A DNA stretch of 64,000 nucleotides from the NCBI GenBank assembly GCA_015494065.1, contig WGCA01000025.1, positions 4,396 through 68,395 on the forward strand. Direction: 5' to 3'. The translations under genes were made by a program, and so were the position numbers. Origin of the DNA: Thermodesulfobacteriaceae bacterium. GTDB lineage: Bacteria; Desulfobacterota; Thermodesulfobacteria; Thermodesulfobacteriales; Thermodesulfatatoraceae. Below, piece after piece: positions 33,782 to 42,932 of the stretch. A model generated the notes under the pieces. That model was not told where the DNA came from and made no database searches. It worked only from the letters and a program-made list of their open reading frames with translations. Position 1 is the stretch's first letter, and each line of letters starts with the position of its first letter.

Positions 33782-35187
33782 CCGATTTTGAAACCCCCTT
33801 CTTTGAGGGTTTTTCTGATCACTTCCCGACTCAAGGTCAAAATTTCTTCCACTTCCGCTTCGGTGACGCAAAGCGGCAGGAACCAGTAGATCACGTCTCC
33901 CAACGGGCGCAAGACCAGCCCTTCCTCCAGGGAATTCATATAGATCTTAAAACCAAGCCTTTTCTCCACGGGAAAGGGCTCTTTTCGGTCTTTGTCCGCT
34001 ACCAGCTCCACCGCCCCCACGTAGCCCACAAAACGCACGTCCCCTACGTATGGTTCCTCGGCGAACAAGTCGGTTAGCAGGCGGTGAAAACGGGCCCTGA
34101 CTTCTTTTCCCCGGGCGAGGGGGTCTTCTTCTTTAAAGACCTTTAGGTTTTCGATGGCCACCGCGCAACAAAGGGGGTTAGCGGTATAAGAATGGCCGTG
34201 GTAAAAGGTCTTCCCTTCCAGATAATCCGCGTAAAAGGCCCGGTAAACTTCTTCCGTGGTCACCGTTAGGGCAAGCGGTAGGTAGCCTCCTGTAAGACCT
34301 TTGGCCAGACAAATTAGGTCCGGCACCACCCCGGCCTGTTCAAAGGCAAACATGGTCCCTGTTCGCCCAAAACCAGTCGCCACTTCGTCAAAGATCAAAA
34401 GGACCTGGTATTTCTCCGTAAGTTCCTTTAAGGCCTTAAGGTAGGCGGCAGGGTAGACCAGCATCCCCCCGGCGGCCTGAAGTCGGGGCTCAAGGATGAC
34501 CGCACAAATTTCCTGGTGATGACGGGTAAGGATCTCCTCAAGCCCTTGAAGGCAGCGGAGGCTACATTTATGCTCCGCTGAAAGGGTAAGCGGGGGGCCT
34601 TCTTCACACCGGTAACAATAGGGACTTGGGGCCCGGAAGGTTTCAAAGGTTAGGGGTTTGTAAAGTTTAAAAAAGAGGTCTACCCCGCCCACACTTACCG
34701 CCCCCAGGGTGTCTCCGTGATAGGCGTTTTCCAAACAAACAAAACGGGTCTTTGCGGTGAAACCCTGGTTTTGCCAGTATTGGAAGGCCATTTTTAAGGC
34801 CACCTCTACCGCGGTTGAGCCGTTGTCTGAAAAGAAAAAGCGGCTAAGGTGAGGCGGGAGAAAATCAAGGAGGTGCTTTACCACTTCGGTGGCGTAAGGG
34901 TGGGTAAAACCGGAAAAATTTACGTGGTCAAGGAGTTCAAGCTGGCGCTTAAGGGCCTGGTTCAGACGGGGGTGTAGGTGCCCGTGAACGTTGGTCCACC
35001 AGGAAGAGATGGTATCGTAAAGGAGTTGGCCCTCGATGGTTTCTAAGCGTGTCCCCCTGGCTTTGACGATGACCGGGGGGTCCCGGTCTTCGTAATCCTT
35101 CATCTGGGTAAAGGGGTGCCAGACGTGCTTGCGGTCAAGGGTCAGGATTTCTTTCTTATCCCACTTCACCAAAAGCCCCTTCTTCAA
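33778..35187 (-). CDS. bioA: Adenosylmethionine-8-amino-7-oxononanoate aminotransferase
   Basis: 469 aa class-III aminotransferase: HVWHPFTQM, FFSDNGSTAVE, IFDEVATGFGRTG, LAKGLTGG. Confidence 0.92.
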   Translation of the reverse strand: MKKGLLVKWDKKEILTLDRKHVWHPFTQMKDYEDRDPPVIVKARGTRLETIEGQLLYDTISSWWTNVHGHLHPRLNQALKRQLELLDHVNFSGFTHPYATEVVKHLLDFLPPHLSRFFFSDNGSTAVEVALKMAFQYWQNQGFTAKTRFVCLENAYHGDTLGAVSVGGVDLFFKLYKPLTFETFRAPSPYCYRCEEGPPLTLSAEHKCSLRCLQGLEEILTRHHQEICAVILEPRLQAAGGMLVYPAAYLKALKELTEKYQVLLIFDEVATGFGRTGTMFAFEQAGVVPDLICLAKGLTGGYLPLALTVTTEEVYRAFYADYLEGKTFYHGHSYTANPLCCAVAIENLKVFKEEDPLARGKEVRARFHRLLTDLFAEEPYVGDVRFVGYVGAVELVADKDRKEPFPVEKRLGFKIYMNSLEEGLVLRPLGDVIYWFLPLCVTEAEVEEILTLSREVIRKTLKEGGFKIG

Positions 35188-35239
35188 AATTGTGTTTAAA
35201 AGTGTTAACCCAAAAAAAGACTCACTAAAAGGGGAGCGA

Positions 35240-36952
35240 ATGAAAAAGCTTGAAAAATTAATCGCCTGTGCCTGCGGCCGGGAGCCGGCGGACTATCGCC
35301 TGACCGGGGCCAGAATCTTTGACGTATTCACAGGCCAATTTTACGAAGAGGACCTATATCTGGCTGGGGGAGTCATCCTTGGCCGAGCCCCCAGGCCAGC
35401 CCGTAAGACCCTTGATCTCTCAGGACTCTACCTCTTGCCAGGCTTTATCGAGGCCCACGTACACCTAGAAAGTTCTTACTTAAACCCCCAAGAATTTGCC
35501 CGCCTGCTGATAAGCCGGGGTACCACTACGGCGGTGTGCGACCCCCATGAAATCGCCAATGTCCTTGGTCTGGAAGGCCTGGAATACCTGCTTTGTGAAG
35601 GACAAAAAACTCCCTTATCCCTTTATTTTATGGTGCCTTCCTGCGTTCCCGCCGCCCCCTTCGGGACCCCGGGGGCCGTCCTTTCCGCGGAAGAGGTAGG
35701 GGCCTTTCTCAAAAGGAGGGCTTTTCTGGGCCTTGGGGAGGTGATGAATTTCCCCGGGGTAATAAAGGCGGAAAAAGAAGTCCTGGAAAAGCTTAAAGCG
35801 GTGAGGCTTTTTGAAAAAATAATTGACGGACACGCCCCCTTGCTCTCGGGCCGGGAGCTTGAGGCCTACCGCTTGGCGGGACCGGCCTCAGAGCACGAGG
35901 CAGTAAGCCTTGAAGAGGCTGAAGAAAAACTCCGCGCCGGTTTTCATATCCTGATACGCCGGGGCACCGTGGCCAACAACCTCAAGGCGCTGGCCCCGCT
36001 TATCCGTCCTGAAAACTTTCCCTTCATTTCCTTGGTGAGTGACGACGTCTCCGCCGAAGAGCTCCTAAAAAAAGGCCACCTGAACCGTATCTTAAGGGAG
36101 GCGGTGGCCCTGGGCGTGCCCCCAGAAACCGCTATCCGGTTGGTAACCATCACACCCGCCCTCTATTTTGGGCTCAGGGACCGCGGGGGTATCTTTCCCG
36201 GGGCCCGGGCTGACCTGGTGGCGGTGACGGACCTCAAAACCTTCACGGTCAAACTGGTCCTGGCCGGAGGGGAAGTGGTGGCCCGGGATGGGGAGGCGGT
36301 CTTCCCTAAAAGGTCCCCTTCAAGCCCTCCTCCCCACCCCGTCCTCATTCCGGAAGAGCTTGACTTTAGCGTGTCAAAGGCTCCGGGAAAGATCCGGGTC
36401 ATTGGGATCCGGCCCGGGGAGATAATCACCGAACACCTCCTCCTGGAACCCAAAATAGAAAAAGACGGCGTGGTGGCAGACCCTGAAAGAGACCTCCTCA
36501 AAATCGTCTGTCTGGAAAGACACCACGGTACCGGACGCTTGGCCGTCGGTTTTGTAAAGGGCTTCGGGCTTAAGGAAGGGGCCCTGGGAAGCACCGTGGC
36601 CCACGATAGCCACCAGATGCTGCTAGTTGGGGTAAACGACGAAGACCTGAAACAGGCCGCCCGTAGGTTAAAAGAGTTAGGAGGCGGCCTAGTGGTGGTT
36701 AATAGGGGAGAGGTCCTGGCAGAGCTCCCCCTTCCCATCGGTGGGCTCCTGGCAGAGCTTCCGGCGGAAGAGGTGGCCCAACGCCTGGCCAAATTAAAAG
36801 AGGCCGCCTGCCGTCTCGGCGGGGTATTGCCTAACCCCTTTATGAGCCTTTCCTTTCTGGCTTTACCCGTTATTCCGGCCCTCAAGATCACCGACCAGGG
36901 GCTGGTAGACGTGAACCGTTTCGAATTGGTACCCCTCTTTAGCGAGGTTTAA
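35240..36952 (+). CDS. ade: Adenine deaminase (amidohydrolase superfamily)
   Basis: 570 aa from the ATG at 35240. LPGFIEAHVHLESSYLNPQEFAR and CDPHEIANV are typical of Ade. The track's 35129 start is antisense overlap with bioA. Confidence 0.8.
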   Translation: MKKLEKLIACACGREPADYRLTGARIFDVFTGQFYEEDLYLAGGVILGRAPRPARKTLDLSGLYLLPGFIEAHVHLESSYLNPQEFARLLISRGTTTAVCDPHEIANVLGLEGLEYLLCEGQKTPLSLYFMVPSCVPAAPFGTPGAVLSAEEVGAFLKRRAFLGLGEVMNFPGVIKAEKEVLEKLKAVRLFEKIIDGHAPLLSGRELEAYRLAGPASEHEAVSLEEAEEKLRAGFHILIRRGTVANNLKALAPLIRPENFPFISLVSDDVSAEELLKKGHLNRILREAVALGVPPETAIRLVTITPALYFGLRDRGGIFPGARADLVAVTDLKTFTVKLVLAGGEVVARDGEAVFPKRSPSSPPPHPVLIPEELDFSVSKAPGKIRVIGIRPGEIITEHLLLEPKIEKDGVVADPERDLLKIVCLERHHGTGRLAVGFVKGFGLKEGALGSTVAHDSHQMLLVGVNDEDLKQAARRLKELGGGLVVVNRGEVLAELPLPIGGLLAELPAEEVAQRLAKLKEAACRLGGVLPNPFMSLSFLALPVIPALKITDQGLVDVNRFELVPLFSEV

Positions 36953-36953
36953 G

Positions 36954-37892
36954 GTGGCTTGGGCGCTTCAATATCTAACGGGCTTATTAAGGGGTGAACA
37001 GGATCTCTTTGAGGCCCTCCTTGAGGCCAAAAGGATAAAAGAGGCCCGTTTTGGCCGCTTCGTCGAGACCTGCGCCATCTTAAACGCCAAAAGCGGCCGC
37101 TGCGCTTCTGATTGCAAGTTTTGCGCGCAATCCCGTTATTACCGTACCAAGGCCCCGGTTTACCCCCTCCTTTCCGAAGAGGAAATACTTGAGAAGGCGG
37201 CCTGGGCGGAAAGTGAAGGTATAAACCGGTTCAGCCTGGTCACCAGCGGGATTAGGCTTGACCGCAAAGAATTTAAAAAACTCCTTAAGATTATCGAAAA
37301 GATCAGCTCTTACCACCCTAAACTCAAACTCTGCGCCTCCCTGGGGACCTTGGACCAGGAAGAACTTTTGGCCCTAAAAGAGGCGGGACTTTCCCGATAC
37401 CACCATAACCTGGAGTGTGCTGAAAGCTTTTACCACCAGATCTGCACCCGTCAAAAGTGGCGAAGGCGTTATGAGACCGCCAAGCGCGTCAAAGAAACGG
37501 GCCTTTCCCTTTGTTGTGGGGGAATCTTTGGGCTTGGTGAGAGTGAAGAACAGATAATCGAATTCGCCTATACCTTGAAAGAACTCGGGCCGGACTCCGT
37601 GCCGGTAAATTTCTTGCACCCCATCGCCGGCACCCCGCTGGAAAAGACCGCTTATCTCACGCCACAAAAGGCCTTGGCCATCCTCTGTGTCCTGCGCTTT
37701 GTATTACCAGAGACTTCGCTTAGGGTATGCGGGGGACGGGAATTTAACCTGAGAGACCTTCAGGCCCTCCTGCTGTTTCCCGCTGACGCCTTGATGGTCG
37801 GCCACTACCTTACTACTAGCGGCAGGAAGCTGGCCTCAGACCGCCAGATGATATTGGACCTGGGCTACCAAACTACCCTGTTGAATTCTTGA
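36954..37892 (+). CDS. bioB: Biotin synthase
   Basis: Radical-SAM CASDCKFCAQS plus downstream BioB features. The GTG start is 1 nt after the ade stop. Confidence 0.9.
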   Translation: MAWALQYLTGLLRGEQDLFEALLEAKRIKEARFGRFVETCAILNAKSGRCASDCKFCAQSRYYRTKAPVYPLLSEEEILEKAAWAESEGINRFSLVTSGIRLDRKEFKKLLKIIEKISSYHPKLKLCASLGTLDQEELLALKEAGLSRYHHNLECAESFYHQICTRQKWRRRYETAKRVKETGLSLCCGGIFGLGESEEQIIEFAYTLKELGPDSVPVNFLHPIAGTPLEKTAYLTPQKALAILCVLRFVLPETSLRVCGGREFNLRDLQALLLFPADALMVGHYLTTSGRKLASDRQMILDLGYQTTLLNS

Positions 37893-37917
37893 GCGTTCCT
37901 AATTATCCTGGCCCATC

Positions 37918-38685
37918 ATGGCGGAGACCATCCTGCGCACCGAGGGGCTTAATAAAACCTTTGGAGGCCTGGTCGCCGTAAAGGACCTGTCCTTTGAAAT
38001 CAAGCAAGGCCTTATCACCGCCCTCATTGGCCCTAACGGCTCCGGCAAAACCACCACTTTTAATATGATCTCTGGCCACTTAAAACCAGACGCCGGCGTC
38101 ATCTATTTTGACGGTCACCGGATAGACAAACTGCCCCCTTATAAAATCGCCCGGCTGGGTATCTCCCGCACCTTTCAAAACCTTGAGATCTTTGGCCACC
38201 TCTCAGTGGTAGAAAACGTATTGCTGGCCATCAATAGTCGTTACCGGGTGTCTTGGTGGGAGAGTGTGCTGCGCTGGCCCTCTTTCTTCCGTAAAGAAAA
38301 GGAGGCCTTGCAAAAGGCGCTTTCTTTTCTAAGGCTCCTTGGGCTTGAAGAACAGGCCTTCGTGCCCGCCGCCACCCTGCCCTTTGGGCTCCAGCGTTAC
38401 CTGGAGATCGTGCGCGCGCTGGCCACTGAACCCAAACTACTTTTGCTTGACGAGGCGGCCTCGGGGCTTGACGCCTCAGAAAAGGCGCTTTTGGCCAGGT
38501 TAATTAAGGAACTCAAGGCCCAGGGGCTAAGTATCCTTTTGGTGGAACACGACATAAACCTTACCATGGAATTGGCAGACGAAGTGATTGTGCTCGACCA
38601 GGGAGAGAAGATCGCCCAGGGCCCACCGGAAAAGATCCAGCGCGACCCCAAGGTCATAGCGGTCTACCTGGGTGGGGAAGAATAA
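37918..38685 (+). CDS. livG: Branched-chain amino-acid-type ABC transporter ATP-binding protein (LivG-like)
   Basis: Walker A GPNGSGKTT, signature region and LLLDEAASGLD. 255 aa. Confidence 0.85.
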   Translation: MAETILRTEGLNKTFGGLVAVKDLSFEIKQGLITALIGPNGSGKTTTFNMISGHLKPDAGVIYFDGHRIDKLPPYKIARLGISRTFQNLEIFGHLSVVENVLLAINSRYRVSWWESVLRWPSFFRKEKEALQKALSFLRLLGLEEQAFVPAATLPFGLQRYLEIVRALATEPKLLLLDEAASGLDASEKALLARLIKELKAQGLSILLVEHDINLTMELADEVIVLDQGEKIAQGPPEKIQRDPKVIAVYLGGEE

Positions 38686-39419
38686 TGCTTACGGTAAGGA
38701 ACCTGAACACCTATTACGGACCGGTCTGGGCCTTAAAAAACGTCTCTTTACACGTAGGCCCGGGGGAGATCGTCTGTCTTATAGGGGCCAACGGAGCGGG
38801 GAAATCAACCCTCATGTTTTCCGTGATGGGGGTGGTAAAACCCCACAGCGGAGAAATCCTCTTTGAAGGGGAGCCCATCCACCACCTTGAGACCCCGGAC
38901 GTAGTGGGCAAAGGGCTCAGTCTGGTCCCTGAGGGGCGCCAGATCTTTTATCCCTTAACGGTGGAAGAAAACCTCGAGCTTGGGGCCTACCAGCGTTTCA
39001 AAAAAGAACCCAAAGAAAGGATCCTGGCGGATCTCGAAAGGGTCTACGAACTCTTTCCCAGGCTTAAGGAAAGGCGGCGTCAATTAGCGGGCACCTTATC
39101 CGGTGGGGAACAACAGATGCTTGCCATCGGCCGCGCCTTTATGGCCCGGCCCAAACTCCTTATGCTTGACGAACCGTCCTTGGGCTTAGCCCCCAAACTG
39201 GTAGACGTTATTATGGAGGCCATAGCCACCCTGAACCAAAAGGGCCTGACCATCCTTTTGGTGGAACAGAACGCCCGAAAGGCCTTATCACTGGCCCACC
39301 GGGGCTACGTGCTGGAGACAGGCCGTATCATTCTCCAGGGTAGGACCGAAGAACTCTTGGCCGACGAAGACGTCCGTCGGGCCTATCTGGGCAAGGAATA
39401 CCGCCAATTTACGGATTAG
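38685..39419 (+). CDS. livF: Branched-chain amino-acid-type ABC transporter ATP-binding protein (LivF-like)
   Basis: GANGAGKST, LSGGEQQMLAIGRA, LLMLDEPSLGLAP. Overlaps the livG stop (ATGA-type junction). Confidence 0.85.
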   Translation: MLTVRNLNTYYGPVWALKNVSLHVGPGEIVCLIGANGAGKSTLMFSVMGVVKPHSGEILFEGEPIHHLETPDVVGKGLSLVPEGRQIFYPLTVEENLELGAYQRFKKEPKERILADLERVYELFPRLKERRRQLAGTLSGGEQQMLAIGRAFMARPKLLMLDEPSLGLAPKLVDVIMEAIATLNQKGLTILLVEQNARKALSLAHRGYVLETGRIILQGRTEELLADEDVRRAYLGKEYRQFTD

Positions 39420-39427
39420 AGGTGCTT

Positions 39428-40708
39428 ATGGAACTGGAACAAAAGGTAGAATACCTCTCAGAAGAAGGCTGGCGCCAATGGCACTTAGAACTCCTCCAAA
39501 GTACCATCAACCGGGTTTACCACCGGGTCCCCTTTTATCGTAAGTTAATGGATGAGCGGGGGATCAGCCCGGAAGACATCACGGATCTTTCCGCCCTTAA
39601 AAAGCTTCCTTTCACTACCCGGGAGCACCTTGAGGAAAACTACCCCTACGATCTTTTTGCCGTCCCTTTGAAAGATATCGTCCGTCTCCATACCTTTCCC
39701 GGCCCGCGCACCCCCATCGTCAAGGGCTTTACCAGGCGGGATCTTACCAGTATAAGGCGGCTTACCGCCCGTTTTATGCTTACTTCCGGGGTGAGTTCCG
39801 AAGACATCGTCCAAATCTGTCTGGACCCGGGGATGTCCGTCTGGATCGAGGAACTAAAAGAAGGGGCCGAAGAGGTAGGGGCCTCGGTGATCCCCCCTGA
39901 CCCTCAGAGCGTGACAAACCGGATCCGTATCATGAAAGACTTTCGCACTTCAGTCCTGGTAACCACCCCCTCTTATGCTTTATATCTGCTGCATTTTATG
40001 CAAACGCAAGGGATCAGGCCGCCGGAGAGCCTCCGGATCCTTTTGCTGGTAGGAGAAGGTATCGCCAGTGCCGAAAGGCTCAAATTGGAACAGGCCTTCG
40101 GGGTGACCACCAGGTTGGGCTACGGGGTTACCGAAGCCGTGGGGCCTGGCATGGGTTACGAATGTGAAGAGAGGGAAGGCTATCACCTGGCGGCAGACTA
40201 TTTCCTGGCTGAAATCGTCGACCCTGAGACCGGCCAGGAAGTAGCTCCCGGAGCCGTGGGTGAACTGGTCATAACGACCCTGGCGGTAAAAGCCAACCCC
40301 CTTATCCGTTTTCGTACCGGAGACCTGTGCCGGTTTTTAGAAGGTCCCTGCCCTTGTGGGCGCACCACTCCGCGCATCTCCCAGATTCTGGGGCAGGCCG
40401 ACGGGCGAGTATCCATCCGCGGGATCAAAGTCTCCCTCTCCTACGTTGAGACCCTGTTCAAAGAGACCTACGGCCACGTGCCAGAATATCTCCTTTACGT
40501 ACGCCGGCGCAATTTCCTTGAAGAGCTGGAACTCTGGGTGGCCATCAACGAAAAACTTTTTGAGCCAAGTATCCTGGGACTTCACCAGGTGGCGGAAAAG
40601 TTTGAAAGGGCCTTTGAAGAGACCTTTGGCCTACCCTGTCGCCTAAAACTAGTGGAAAAGGACCATTTAGACCAGGTGGCCCAGGGCCGGAAAATCATCA
40701 AGGAGTAG
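39428..40708 (+). CDS. Phenylacetate-CoA ligase (PaaK)/F390-synthetase-family protein with degenerate nucleotide-binding motifs
   Basis: PaaK-like N-terminus (VPFYRKLMDERGISPEDI..LKKLPFTTREHL) and core (YGVTEAVGPGMGYEC, IRFRTGDLC, CPCGRT). The P-loop position reads HTFPGPRTPI. ATG at 39428 follows GAGG. Confidence 0.65.
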   Translation: MELEQKVEYLSEEGWRQWHLELLQSTINRVYHRVPFYRKLMDERGISPEDITDLSALKKLPFTTREHLEENYPYDLFAVPLKDIVRLHTFPGPRTPIVKGFTRRDLTSIRRLTARFMLTSGVSSEDIVQICLDPGMSVWIEELKEGAEEVGASVIPPDPQSVTNRIRIMKDFRTSVLVTTPSYALYLLHFMQTQGIRPPESLRILLLVGEGIASAERLKLEQAFGVTTRLGYGVTEAVGPGMGYECEEREGYHLAADYFLAEIVDPETGQEVAPGAVGELVITTLAVKANPLIRFRTGDLCRFLEGPCPCGRTTPRISQILGQADGRVSIRGIKVSLSYVETLFKETYGHVPEYLLYVRRRNFLEELELWVAINEKLFEPSILGLHQVAEKFERAFEETFGLPCRLKLVEKDHLDQVAQGRKIIKE

Positions 40709-42053
40709 GAGCTTTAAACTTGTCCAGAACCCGGGTCTTCACCCAATGGGGGTCCAGCCATTCAATGGGTTCCACAAAAACCCCCTGGACCAGGGCGGCA
40801 AAGTGGAGATGGTCTCCCCCGGCCAGACCGGTGGTGTCGGTATAGGCGATAAGCTGACCCCTCTTGACCAGATCCCCCGGGGCGACTGAAAAGCCGGCGA
40901 GGTGAGCGTAGAGGGTAAAAAGCCCCAGGCCGTGATCAATAATAATGGTGTTGCCGTAAATCCCCAGATAATCGGCAAAGATTACCTTCCCCGTGGCTGC
41001 CGCCGGTACCGGGGCCCGGGCGACGGAGGCCAAATCTAAACCCAGGTGAACGGCGGTACCGATTTTGCGCCCGTGGTAATAATAGGTGCGGTGGTCCCCG
41101 AAAAGGGCCCGAGTAGCGGCTTTGGGAAGACGCAAGAAGGGCTTATCCACGTAAAATTCCGCTATTTTTGAATGGCGAGCTATTTGGGCAATTTCCTGGT
41201 TATTTTTTTGCCTGAGGACGGTATTTACGTAAATAAAGGCCTTAAGAAGGTCATCACGGGGAATATCCGGGTACCTTTCCAGAAATTCTGGCATTTTACG
41301 TTTCAGAAAGGCGTCAGAGATGTTTATCACGTCGTGGCGGTAGCGTTTTTTACGCACGTAATAGGCGACAGGCAGGCGGGAAACGTTACCCGCCAAATCT
41401 TCGGCTTCCACGTACATGTGGGAAATCTCTTTCTGGTCTATAGGAAGGGCTACGAGGCAGAAAAACTTATGCGGGTACCCCTTCAACTGGTAGCCCTTAA
41501 AGGGCCGTCCGTTAATTACTACTCCCTGACGCCTGACCGGTTCTGAGATCTTATATACTACCAAATTACTGCCGCCGGGAACCAAATAATGGATAGGGGA
41601 AAGGACCACTATCCTTGGTGATTCAAGGTCTAAGAGGACTTCTTTTTCCCAAATAAGGGTGTTGCCCTTAAGACCGTTACGCCAGGAAGCGTCTCTGGCG
41701 GCAAGTATCAAGCGGGCCTTACCGCTGCGAAAGCCCAGTTTCAGAGGCTCAAAGGAGACCTTTAGTTCCTGGGCCTTGGTCTTGGAGCCCCAGACGATAT
41801 CCACGGGATAGGTGCGTTCAAAGAGCAACTTTTCCTGCTTGCCCTGTTTGAGGTAAATTTTTACCTCCCGCAGGCCAGAGCGTTTATCAAATAAGACCAG
41901 CGTGGCCTGGGCCTTTTTGCCCAGGGGTTCTCTCAAAACCACCTTTTCAAGGACCGGAGGTTGGCCTTCCAACTTAAAAAAGAAGAGAAAAGAAAGACCA
42001 ACCACCAAGGCCAAAACCACCAGCACCAACAAGAGCGAAAATAACTTTTTCAC
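40698..42053 (-). CDS. M23/LytM-family metallopeptidase with an N-terminal membrane anchor
   Basis: C-terminal HLGLDLAS...GNTIIIDHG...GGDHLHF motifs. N-terminal hydrophobic helix. Confidence 0.85.
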   Translation of the reverse strand: MKKLFSLLLVLVVLALVVGLSFLFFFKLEGQPPVLEKVVLREPLGKKAQATLVLFDKRSGLREVKIYLKQGKQEKLLFERTYPVDIVWGSKTKAQELKVSFEPLKLGFRSGKARLILAARDASWRNGLKGNTLIWEKEVLLDLESPRIVVLSPIHYLVPGGSNLVVYKISEPVRRQGVVINGRPFKGYQLKGYPHKFFCLVALPIDQKEISHMYVEAEDLAGNVSRLPVAYYVRKKRYRHDVINISDAFLKRKMPEFLERYPDIPRDDLLKAFIYVNTVLRQKNNQEIAQIARHSKIAEFYVDKPFLRLPKAATRALFGDHRTYYYHGRKIGTAVHLGLDLASVARAPVPAAATGKVIFADYLGIYGNTIIIDHGLGLFTLYAHLAGFSVAPGDLVKRGQLIAYTDTTGLAGGDHLHFAALVQGVFVEPIEWLDPHWVKTRVLDKFKAPTP

Positions 42054-42102
42054 CGGTACACCCCGTAGGCTTATAGTTTAATTTCACTTATAATCTGTCC
42101 CC

Positions 42103-42726
42103 ATGAAACAATTTACCTTTATAGTAAAGGCGCGGCACTTTTTAAAGGTCTTTGTCCTCATTTATCTTTTGGTTTTTACCACCGCCTTGACTCTCCCCGC
42201 TGGATGGCAGGAGCGGCTGGCGCGCCTGCCTTACGTGGGAAAGTTCTTTAAACCAGCCACCCCGCCTCTTGCACTCAAAGACAAAGCCTATAAAGCGCTT
42301 GAGCAGGCCTACTGGGAAGGAGCCCCCTTTTACGTCCCCGAGCTCTGGGAGGAGGCCCAACAATATTTTGAAAAGGGACAAAAGGCCTTGGAAGAAGGGA
42401 AAAACGCGCACGCCCGTTACTATTTTGAGAAGGCCCTCAAGCTGGCTAAACAGGCCCAAGAAAAGACTAAAGCCAAGCAAAAACAATTAAAGGCAGCCGG
42501 AGCCCGTAAATTCGAACAAGTACTGGCCCGCTGGCGCAAGGCTTCTATTCCCCCAGAACAAAGGTTGAAATGGGAAATACGACTCCTTTACCTCAAGGAA
42601 CTCCTGGACCAAGGAAGGTATGAAAAGTTTTTTAAAGAGGCAGAAATCTTGGAGAAGGAACTGGCCAGCTTAAAACAAAAAGAGGGAGCCCCGGCTGAGG
42701 CCCCCTCCCCGCGTGAGCCAAACTAA
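42103..42726 (+). CDS. Secreted/anchored coiled-coil protein of unknown function
   Basis: 207-aa ORF with an N-terminal hydrophobic segment and Lys/Glu-rich helical repeats. No recognisable catalytic motif. Confidence 0.5.
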   Translation: MKQFTFIVKARHFLKVFVLIYLLVFTTALTLPAGWQERLARLPYVGKFFKPATPPLALKDKAYKALEQAYWEGAPFYVPELWEEAQQYFEKGQKALEEGKNAHARYYFEKALKLAKQAQEKTKAKQKQLKAAGARKFEQVLARWRKASIPPEQRLKWEIRLLYLKELLDQGRYEKFFKEAEILEKELASLKQKEGAPAEAPSPREPN

Positions 42727-42729
42727 GTT

Positions 42730-42918
42730 TTAAACTTCCGTGACCGTGATAGCACCGGTGGGGCAGACTTCGACGCAGGTTTCACACCCAAGGCAATCTT
42801 CTGGACGGGCGATTACGGGTTTGCCGTCTTCACCCTCGTCGTAAACCTGAGCCGGGCAAGCCTCAATGCACTCCTGATCCGCCTGACACTTGTCGTAATC
42901 AACGGTGATCTCAAACAT
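42730..42918 (-). CDS. Small [Fe-S] ferredoxin
   Basis: 62 aa. One complete CLGCETCVEVCP motif and one incomplete CQADQECIEACP motif. AAGGAGGAG RBS. Confidence 0.85.
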   Translation of the reverse strand: MFEITVDYDKCQADQECIEACPAQVYDEGEDGKPVIARPEDCLGCETCVEVCPTGAITVTEV

Positions 42919-42932
42919 ACGCTCCTCCTTTG

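Noticed and set aside
35188-35239. BirA operator in the bioA/ade divergent region (TGTTAACC at 35203-35210).
   Set aside because: Only one half-site is present. No inverted partner (GGTTAACA) lies at the expected distance of about 15 nt.
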